A DNA stretch of 62,879 nucleotides, filler included, from Basidiobolus meristosporus CBS 931.73 (Eukaryota; Fungi; Basidiobolomycota), in the NCBI GenBank assembly GCA_002104905.1. It is 3 parts of 3 records of this genome, joined end to end, with 100 filler letters (N's around TTAATTAATTAA, not from the genome) between each part and the next. Parts side by side here need not be neighbours in the genome. Positions count along the whole stretch, not along the records: positions 1 to 28,380 come from MCFE01000884.1; 2 more parts are not named here. The stretch is one strand, 5' to 3'. The position numbers and the translations under genes were made by a program. The notes under the pieces are model-generated. The model did not search any database, was not told where the DNA came from, and saw only the letters and a program-made list of their open reading frames with translations. The first letter of the stretch is position 1. Each line of letters starts with the position of its first letter. Shown piece by piece: positions 13,086 through 25,084 of this stretch.

Positions 13086-16000
13086 AGATGTCTAATATCT
13101 ATGTGATTAGTTCTAGCATGAAAAGTTGGATCTCTACCTGATTGTAAACATCCTTGATTATCTTGAAATAATGTAACAGGCATTTTTTGACATGGGCCTA
13201 AGTCTGTAAAAAGCTTTCTCAACCACATTGCTTCTTTTGTAGCTTCAGAGGCTGTCATGTACTCTGCCTCTATGGTATAAGTGCTATGGTTGGTTGCTTT
13301 CTTGAATTCCATGAAATTGCTCCTTTACACTAAAGAAAGGTGTATCCTGTGGTGGATCTTCTGTGTTCCAAATTCTGTCCCTAGTCAGCCACAGAGTATC
13401 CCACAAGATCCTGCTCTGGATTCTTATAAGTGTTTCTTAAACAGATATTGGCAGTTCCTTTATGTATCTAAAATCTGCTTAACTGCTGTAATATGATCCA
13501 ATCCATAGTTCTGATTATGCTGGCTGACAACTCCCACTGAATATGAGATACCTGGATGTGTTCCAGGCATGACATACATCAGACTGCTGACTATAGATTG
13601 ATAAGGAAAGTTAGGTGCTTTCAGATGGCACCAAGCTCTCTTGATTTGGTTGAGTTTTGACCAGGTTAAGGTTTTTCTCTATTTGGGTAGCTGCTGGTTT
13701 GCAGTCTTCCATTTGGTACTTCTTTAGTATATCAGGAATACACTTGGATTGGCACAGGGTGATAGTGGGTACTTCTGTCTATGGAGAACTTAATCCCTAA
13801 GTAGTAATTGAGCTCTCCTAGATTGGGCATCTTGAACTCCTTGATAGGCTAGAAATAGTCTCTTCCAATGTTGCTAGGTTATTGGCAGCAATAATAAGGT
13901 CATCCACATATAGAGCTAATAGAGCTGGACTTGCTCTATCTGGCTTATAGTATATACTATAGTCAGCAATGCTCCTTTTGAAGCTCAAAGATTCCAAATA
14001 AGAATATATCTTGCAATTCAAGGCTCTTGGTGATTGTTTGAGACCATATAGAGACTTTTTAAGCTTGCAGGCCAAATGGGGGCTATCTTGGTCAGCAAAC
14101 CCATCAGCCTGGTGCATGTACACATCCTTATCCAGCTCATCATTCAAATATATGGTTTTTACACCCATTCAATGAATAAAAAACTTATATCTGGCTGCAA
14201 TTGCCAATATCAATCAGATGGAATCAAACTTAGCTACCAGTGCAAAGGTCTCAGCATAGTCAAGTCCTTTTGTTTGAGAGTATCCTTTGGCTGCAAGTCT
14301 TGCCTTGTATCTTTCAATTGTACCATCAGCCTTCTTTTTTGTCTCAAAGACCCATTTGCATCCAATTGATTTTTGGTTGATTTGTAATTTGACCAAGTCC
14401 CAAGTTTGATTTTCCATCAGGGCCTGATATTCCTCAGTCATTGCAGATCTCCAAAACTTTGTCTGAGGGCTATTTAGGGCCTCTTTTACAGTCTGGGGCT
14501 CATCAATATGGACTGAATAGGCATAGGCTAAGTTTGTACCCTCATTGATATAGTAATTTGGGCTATTTCTTGTCTGATTAGATCTCTGGGCATTTGGTAC
14601 TGGATTGATCACTTCTGGGATATTCCTTGGCACTGATTCTGGCTGAACCACGGTTGTAGAGTCTGCTGGAGTGAAAAAATTTTCATTGTTTTGCTCTGAT
14701 TCAATCCTGACAATTGGTAAACTTGGGATCAGATTTTCATCATCATCAGATGTCATTTTTTGTGAAAATTTTGAATTTTCATCAAACAGCACATCCCTGG
14801 ACTTGATTAGCTTCTTTGCTTTGGTATTGTAGAGTCTGTATACTTTACTCTCATTGCAGTAACCCAAAAACATGCATTTTACACTTTTTGGCTCAAATTT
14901 TGACTGATTTCTGGGCAGTTTCTTGGCATATGCTGTACACCCAAATGTTCTTAGATGTTCTGCACTTAGTCTGTATCCATACCATGCTTCAAGTAGAGTA
15001 GAATCACAAAGTATTCTGTTATAACTCCTATTTTCAAGATATACAGCCGTGGCAACTGATTCCGCCCAAAATCATAGGATAATTTTTGATCATGGATTGT
15101 AGATCTTGCCATATAAATTATCAATCTATTAGCATGTTCTGCTACTCCATTTTGCTGTGGGGAGTATGGTACAGTAGTCTCTTGCTTTATCCCATGAATT
15201 TTGCAGAAGTGGATGAAGAGTTTTGAGGTATATTCTCCACCATTGTCAGAGCATATTTTCTTGATTTTTCACCAGTTTCTCTCTCTACCATGGCTTTAAG
15301 CTCCCTGAGCTTAGACAGGGCTTCTTTCTTTCTCTCCATGAAGTAGACCCAGGTGTATCTTGTATAATCATCAACAAAAGTGATGAAATACTTCATCCCA
15401 CCTAAGGATAAATTTTGCATAGGTCCACACAGATCTGAGTGAATTAGATCTAATTTTTTCTTAGTTTTGATTAACCAAGAGCTCTTGAACGGTTGTCTGG
15501 CTTGTTTCCCATATATGCAGGCTTCACAGTGCTCCAAATTAGCTGGGGGATCAATATTTACTCCAGAAATTAGCTGATCATTGATCATTTTGCGCAAATA
15601 ATCAAAATTGATTTGCCCAAATCTCCTGTGCCAATGCATTGGTGTTTCTTCATTCAAGTTACTTATATTGGCTTCCAAATATGATGGAATATAAGTCAGC
15701 TTTTGTAGATTCTGATCTCTTATACTCAAAGCAATATGGGCACCATTTTGATCAGTGATCTTGCATCCAGAATTGTCAAAGCTGAAACTAAGTCCTTCTG
15801 TTGTGGCCTTGCTTACAGAGAGTAGGTTCTTGGCTATTTTTGGTACATATAGTACTTCTTTGAAAGTCAGTGTATGGCTTCCTTCACTGCTTCTTAGGTT
15901 TACTTGAATAGTTCCTTCTCCCACTGCATCAAGTGTTCTATTGTTGCCCATGAAAACCTTCTTAATTGGAATTTCTGGATACTGGGCAAAAAGTTCTTTT

Positions 16001-17319
16001 TGGTATGTAAAGTGTTGAGAAGCTCCAGAGTCAATATACCACATCTGATAATCCTTGTTTGTGGTCATACTTAGTGCAGATATGAGTAGTATATCTTCAG
16101 TTGTTGCAGCATTTCCATATTCAGGCTTCTTTTGCTGATTATTGTTCTTTTTGAAGCACCAGTCTGATGTGTGTCCTTTCCTTTTGCAGTAGTTACAAGA
16201 CAGGTTGCTGTTGCCTTTGTAAGGTCTTTGGTACCTCCTTTGTTGGTTATCATTGCTTATTAGAGCATTTTCTTCTTCCTTCTTATTGGTGTTTGATTTT
16301 CTTTGTTTTGTTGGTTATCATTGCTTATTAAAGCATTTTCTTCTTCCTTCTTATTGGCGCTTGATTTTGTTAATTCTTCATCCAGGAGCCTTCCATATAC
16401 ATAGTTTAAGGTCAAATCTTCAGTTCTGGACTCTAGGGCTGATACAAGGCCCTGAAACCTGTCTGTCAGGCTGTTCAGGATGGTAACTATCACATCCTCA
16501 TCAGTAGTTGGTACGTCCACAGATTCCATTTCAGCTATCAGCAAGGTAATTCTGTTAATTAGATTTTCCATTTCTTCTCCTGGCAGCATCTTTGTAGTAA
16601 AGAATTTTTGTCTCAGATACATTTTCTTAGCAGCTGAACATGACTGGTAGGTGTCTTCTAATGCCTTCCAGGCATTCTTTGCTGTTTTGCTCTTGAGCAT
16701 TGAATTAGCAATTTGTCTTTAACATCAAGGCAAATGTAGTTAAAGGCACTTTGTTCTTTCTTCTGGTACTTTACGGCTTCCTCTCCCATGCTTTTAGGAG
16801 GACATTCTTCTCCCATGACAATATCCCAAAGGCCTCTTTCTTATAGCAGCATCTTCAACTTCACCTTCCACACTTGGTAGTTAGATCTATCCAACTTTTC
16901 AGCAGAGGGAAAAATTCCAGTAATAGCAGTAGTAGACATTGCAGAGAGTGACAGCTTGGGGCTCATAACCTGTTGGAAGAGTCTTGGAGATATTGGAAGT
17001 GACTGGGAGAACAAGTAGATTATGTGGTTTTCACTTTATGATTTATTGAATGTAAAAGTAGTAATAATACTTTTACCTGGTCTTGGCATTACAAACATGC
17101 AGAATAGGCTAAGGAAGGTCCCAAGATTATATGTGCAAAGTTTGGGGCTGTTTGGACAACTTTGGGAATTTTTATGTTCTGAGTACCTAGTATTTTGGTG
17201 AAAATTTTCCAAGTAAATCCCAACAAGGAATTTGGTAAGTATTCTCTAGAATCTGAGGGTAATGATTTTAGTGACTAAGTTAGGTGAATATTTAGGTGGA
17301 ATTACGTATCTTTACAACA
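13086..17319 (-). mobile_element. Ty1/Copia retrotransposon copy 1 (5' LTR 16971-17319, gag-PR-IN-RT-RH; 3' end lost)
   Basis: gag (KLDRSNYQVWKVKLKMLL), protease WYIDSGASQH, GAG-pre-integrase WHRRFG, integrase LIHSDLCGPM, RT GCKWVF..YKARLAAKGYSQ and LYVDDLII, RNase H AEYMTASEATKEA, in Copia order. LTR has TG...CA ends. Confidence 0.95.
16957..16970 (-). other. Copia primer-binding site GGTTATGAGCCC, complementary to the anticodon arm of initiator tRNA-Met
   Basis: Immediately follows the LTR 3' end (...CCAACA) on the minus strand; reverse complement GGGCTCATAACC contains CU-CAU-AA. Confidence 0.75.
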
Positions 17320-19158
17320 TATACTACAGTATCTAACAGATCCTACTGAAGTTTCAGGGCTCTTCTGGGGTTTCCAGCTTGAGAACTTTGTACAAGAGGC
17401 TCCATGGAACATATCTGCATTGTTTGATAGTCCAAATATAGCCTACATAGGCTTTGGCTCCATTTAGGAAGTACCCTAATTTGCGGTAGTAGCATTTTCT
17501 CATTTTTCTTCTTTTTCTTTTTCTGCTGATGATCCAAGGGAAATTTCATTTGTGGAATGGTTCTGGACTTCCTTACAGGTGGGGCCACGGTGTGTTTGAG
17601 CATGAAAGACCTTGTGACATCATTTGTCAAAAATATATTACTATTTGAGAGTAATATAGTCAAAATTGGCATCCACTTAGATCAATCAAAATGTTTAATA
17701 GAGTTGTCCAAATTTGATCAATAAACTGCATTTGCAAGCCAGTTTCATCATTGCTTTGGTATCAGACTCCAATATATCAGTTTTTGGAGTGCAGAGCTTG
17801 GCAGTGACTTGATAAATCACAAATCTTCTGATCTGATACAGAGAATCAAGTGTCACCAAGTGTTTTCTTGCACTGTAATAAGTGATATATATGCAACAAG
17901 TATAAAGTACTATGCTATCTTTGCAGTGGCTTGCAGCCTCCATACTGGCCAGCTGTTACTTAGTTGTATACTCCAATCAGGCTTGCAATCATTTGCTTCA
18001 CTCTCTCTGGCTGGTGGTAGAACCTTCTTGAGTTGATTTTGCTAAATTTGTATAAAACTTTCTCCCACCATTTTGAGACTTAACAGAGTGATAGCACATC
18101 TAATAGCTCCATATTTGGATCCTGGTACATTAGTTTTGGTATCAAAACACTTGATACAAATATGGCATTCTTCCATTGGATTGTGTTGTACCTATCCGTA
18201 CTCCAGGTGGATATATATGTATTATATATCATCAGGATCCTTACAACTCAGGGAGCTTGTTTCTGAGATCTTTTTCCGTTAATAGGTAGTCCAAAATGGC
18301 AGTCAACAGCTCCAGTATTTGCATACTCAGCCTTATTTTGAGCTGCACAGATTTGGTAAAATCTTCCTCCAGCAATCATTCAATGATGATCTATATTTTT
18401 TTTGCAATTCAGGATAGTATCCTATCCAAAAGCTTTTCTAACAGTCAATTGAGGTCATATGAGTACATATAGCGATATATTTCATTGTAGATCTGGACCC
18501 TCAATTGCTGGAATTACACAATTTTCTCCAGTAGTGGTAGAGCACCAACATACTATATTTCTTGATATATTTACATATCAACTTGAAAGACTCTCCTTCA
18601 TAACCAGCTTGAGTAGTTACTGAATGAGTCTTTTGAAGACAAGGCCTTCTTCTCCACAGCAATATCCTCATGAACATAGTCCTTTTAGCAATGGTAGTCA
18701 TCTTTAACTTTGGCAGGGCAATAGTGCAGAAAGTCTTTCTCCAGACTAGCAGAAACAGATCCAAGGCAAAGTAGACACCAAGAGGACAGCAAGCTCAGGG
18801 CTTGTAACCTGTTGCAATATTCTGAGGAGCTTTGGAAGTGATGTGGAGAACTAGAGGATTTACATATTATTCACTTATAGATTTATTGATCAATAGTATG
18901 GTATTTATACTTTTGATAAAGTAGAGCAAATAAACGTGTAGAGTCTGCTAAGGAAGGTCTCAAGAGTATGTGTGCAAAGTTTGGGGGCTTTTGGACAGCT
19001 TTGAGAAAGATTATAATCTGGGTACCTGATAACTTGGTGAAAATACTCTAAGTAAATCCCAACAGGAAATTTGGTCAGGACAGAATGTCAATCAAAGAAT
19101 AAGATCTATGTGACTAAGCTAGCATGAATATTTTGGTGACAACTTAATAATTACAACA
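17320..19158 (-). mobile_element. Element with the Copia-family LTR (18810-19158) and a related PBS (18796-18809) but a different internal sequence; probable non-autonomous partner
   Basis: LTR aligns to 16971-17319; PBS reads GGTTACAAGCCCTG; internal 17320-18795 shows no recognisable PR/IN/RT and only brief similarity to the copy 1 leader. Confidence 0.55.
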
Positions 19159-19529
19159 GTCCCAAGAGCATGTGTGCAAAGTTTGGGGCTGTTTGGACAA
19201 CTGATCTAATTTTCATGTTCTGGGTAAATATTCCAAGTAAATCCCAACAAGGATTTGGGTCAGTATTCTGTTGGATTTGAAGGTAATGATCTAAGTAACT
19301 AAGTTAAGTGAATATTTAGGTGGAATTACAAACTTTTACAACACCAAGAACATGTGTTCAAAGTTTGAAGGTTTTCGGACAGCTTTGAGAGATTTCATGT
19401 TTTAGGTACCTGACATTTTAGTGAAAATATTCCAAATAAATCTCAACAAGGAATTAGGTCAGGATTCTTGATGATTTTTAGGTAATGATCTAAGTGACTA
19501 AGTTAGGTGGAATTACGAAATTTAAAACA
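19159..19529 (-). repeat. Two stacked ~185 bp U3-half fragments of the Copia LTR (19159-19343, 19344-19529)
   Basis: Each runs from (GTC)CCAAGA.CATGTGT.CAAAGTTTG to the LTR terminus (TTTACAACA / TTTAAAACA). Confidence 0.85.
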
Positions 19530-20722
19530 CCATTCCTATCTAAAGCCTCGTGGTAAACGCCACATGCACCATACGGACCCACAGTATCCGCTTCATGTAA
19601 GGATTATGGGGCCTGGTTGCCTGCATCCACTTAGCTTATGAACAGGACAAAGATCAAGGTTGTGAGTGGGGGAGGATGCCATTTTGAAGGCCATGGTGAA
19701 AAGGAAGGCAAGCCAGCCAAAAAAATCCAAAACAAAATTGGGATATAGTCAGCACGGAGATCGTGAGGAATGGCTCAAAAATCATCTCTCGATCCGTCAT
19801 CAATGGGATAGGGATTCATCATTACAAGACATCTTTTGGTTTCTTAAGAATTCCATCCGATATTTATGGAGAGGAAAATTCCTCGAGGACGTCGGACCAA
19901 TCAGCATCTCCGGATAAATGGGAATCCTCCTAATCGAAATGAAGCCCACCAATTTCCAGGGATTTCGATTTTCAGAATGTGTGGGTGGTGTGGGTTGCAG
20001 AGGCCCAAATCATGATCCATCTGCTGGTGGTAATGATGGTTACTGGAGATCATTAATTGCTTAGCCAAATTAGTCCACTTTCCACGCAACGAATTTGGAT
20101 AATTTTGGGTAAGGCACACCATGTTAGGCAAGCGCAATTACCGATGGTGAGGCTTGCCTACACACGATGCAAGGTATATGCGAAGCAAACCAGAAGTCAG
20201 GTTGAAATGAACCATCGTAATTCCCCCCCATTGAAGCCAATCATAAATTCCCGTGGGTAAGGGGAGGCTGGGGAGTTCAAGTGGGCTCATTGGTCTGGTC
20301 TGGGCATGGATCACACCTCGAGTGCTATTATCCACAGCCATCAAACCGGATTTTCATCTGGCTCTCCTCATCACTCGTCCCTCTCACGTAGGTACCCTTA
20401 TCACTTGGTCAATAGAGCCCTCGTTGCGACCGGCCACCGTCTCAACCTCCCTCGAAAACCCAGCGTTACTCTTATCCGCCATATCGACACGTACTTTGTG
20501 GAAAACCGCTTCTCAACGTCAGCTTGTACCGCCCTCTAATCCGGTCATTCAATCCGACAGAAACCCTCTCCACAAAGTCATCTCCCACACCCACCCGACC
20601 CTAAACCGAGCCCACTCCTCTTGAAGTCCACCCTGGCCAAATCCCCACAACCAAACCTGACCCACATCTCCGACTCCCGTTGATATCCCACCTAGGTAAC
20701 GTGACCCCTCCCGCACTTCACC

Positions 20723-22987
<2,265 letters not shown>

Positions 22988-23206
22988 CCGCCATGTACAA
23001 GAAGTATACCCCCGCCCACCACATTGACTAATAGTTTGCTCGTTCACTATCGGATAGTACATTTAATTCAGGGAAATCAATAAAACCAAAACATGCACCA
23101 GTTCCTACTACTACTAGGCTATCCTTAGTTTAGAAAATCTACTAGACAGCCCACCGTGATGCGAGCACGAGATGGGCGGGACAGAATGGGCCACCACTGC
23201 GCAGGC

Positions 23207-23473
23207 TTAACGAAGACGTCTGGCCTCACGCTCGGATTCCATCAAGACCAGGATGTCGTTCTCACGGACGGGGCCCTTGACGTTACGGATGATGGAGCGG
23301 GAGGTGTCGTCCATGAACTCGACGCGGACTTGGGTCACACCACCACGGGAGCCGGTACGGCCGAGAACCTTGATGACTTTGGCGTGCTTGACGGGGGCTT
23401 GCTTTTCCTACGAAGGCCGGGCACAAGGTCAGTTGGGTCGAGGTGCGGTGAGCGATGGATGGATACGTACCAT
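23207..23473 (-). CDS. RPS28: 40S ribosomal protein S28 (eS28), 67 aa; ATG-only exon 23471-23473, intron 23408-23470, exon 23207-23407
   Basis: Spliced translation [67 protein letters not shown]. Absent from the ORF track. Confidence 0.97.
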
Positions 23474-23758
23474 AGTTACGACAGACTGAGGAATCGACGA
23501 GAAAGGGGGAGTGACTTCCCTCGCAACACATACTTAATGTTTCCGACCGATCTGACGTCATGGAAAATTTTCGCGAGAAGAAAAAAATCGCGGCCCATCG
23601 ACGGTGCGTTCGGGGGGGTTTTTTTCGAGGCGGTGGATGGCCAACCAGGATGGAGCAAAATGGGGTGGTTCGATTTAGTGACCTTGATGACTTAAAAGTC
23701 TTCGGGGCCACCGGGTGGTTCTTTCTTTCCTCTTGGTTATCTTTTTGATTTGCCCAAC
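23474..23758. promoter_or_regulatory. Shared bidirectional promoter of RPS28 and RPS4
   Basis: 285 bp between divergent ATGs; palindromes TGACGTCA (23553-23560, CRE-like) and GAAAATTTTC (23563-23572, RRPE-like). Confidence 0.7.
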
Positions 23759-24629
23759 ATGGTATGTGTCGCTGAGTGTATGATGGATGGATCGGAAGTG
23801 AGCCGCGTGATATTGATCTGTTTTCCTTGTTGATTAGGCTCGCGGACCCAAGAAGCACTTGAAGCGTCTCAATGCTCCCAAGCATTGGATGTTGGATAAA
23901 TTGACCGGCACCTATGCTCCCAGACCCTCTGCCGGTCCCCACAAGCTCCGTGAATGCTTACCCTTGGTGATCTTTTTGAGAAACCGTCTCAAGTACGCTC
24001 TTACCAAGAAGGAGGTTCAAAGCATCCTTATGCAACGTCTCGTCAAGGTCGACGGTAAGGTCAGAACCGACACCACCTATCCTTCTGGCTTCATGGATGT
24101 CATCTCCATTGAACAAACCGGAGAGCACTTCCGCCTCGTCTACGATACCAAGGGACGTTTCACCGTCCACCGTATCTCTGCCGAGGAGGCTGGCTACAAA
24201 TTGTGCAAGGTCAAGAAGGTTCAGATCGGTGCCAAGGGTATTCCTTTCGTCATCACCCACGATGGCCGTACCCTCCGCTACCCCGATCCCCTTGTCAAGG
24301 CCAACGACACCGTCAAGCTCGACCTCGAGACTGGCAAGATGACCGAGTTCATCAAGTTCGACATCGGTAACGTCGCCATGATCACCGGTGGACGTAACAT
24401 GGGTCGTGTCGGTGTCATCACTCACCGTGAGAAGCACCACGGTGGCTTCGACATCGTCCACGTCAAGGATGTCTTGGACCGTCAATTCGCTACCCGTCTA
24501 TCCAACGTCTTCGTTATTGGAGAGAGCAACAAGCCCTGGATTAGCTTGCCTAAGAACAAGGGTGTCAAGCTTACCATCACCGAAGAGCGTGATCGTAGAA
24601 GAGAAAGACAATTGGCTGGCTCTGCCTAA
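23759..24629 (+). CDS. RPS4: 40S ribosomal protein S4 (eS4); ATG-only exon 23759-23761, intron 23762-23837, exon 23838-24629
   Basis: [44 protein letters not shown]...; full-length eS4. Confidence 0.98.
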
Positions 24630-24787
24630 TTTACTCCACATTTCGAGCAATAAAGAGACGTTTTACATTGTTTCCCAAAGTTTTTTCCTACGAAAGATGC
24701 GTGATTTTGATTGATTTAGGGAGGGGTGGCTGGCGTGCTGGCGTGATGAAAAGAAATCATGTTTGAAAGTCGGTGGAAAATTTTCAT

Positions 24788-24837
24788 GGGGAATCTTGAT
24801 TAAATCTAGGGGTTAGGGGGAATCTTGATTAAATCTA
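24788..24837. repeat. 21-bp direct repeat GGGGAATCTTGATTAAATCTA x2
   Basis: Copies at ~24788-24808 and ~24817-24837, between RPS4 and the kinesin gene. Confidence 0.85.
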
Positions 24838-25084
24838 TGCCGGAAGTATGTTTTGTTGTACGCATTACGAAGCCATTTGTTTTGTTTACAATTCTATGAG
24901 TGCTCTGGCTGAGAACCATGATTCGTCCACCAATGATTTGTTGACATTCCAGTACAAACAACAGTGAATGTTTGGGCATTTTTGTGACTGATATTTGAAA
25001 ACACATCGATATCTACCATTTCTCTGTATCCGCTTACCGTTCTCTTTAGATAGCTCTCAGTGTTGTAAATTATTCCTTTCAAAA

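Noticed and set aside
19540-20720. Short ORFs upstream of the PAK gene
   Set aside because: No motifs or consistent exon structure; treated as promoter or intergenic DNA.
23156-23942. ORFs 23156-23695 (+) and 23283-23942 (-)
   Set aside because: They overlap spliced RPS28 and the promoter; the real gene is in another frame.
23958-24485. Long antisense ORFs over RPS4, and likewise over the kinesin, PAK and subtilisin genes (e.g. 60612-61049)
   Set aside because: Shadow frames produced by biased codon usage of the sense genes; no recognisable motifs.
24808-24820. Telomere-like GGGGTTAGGGG
   Set aside because: Only a single TTAGGG unit, formed between two direct repeats.
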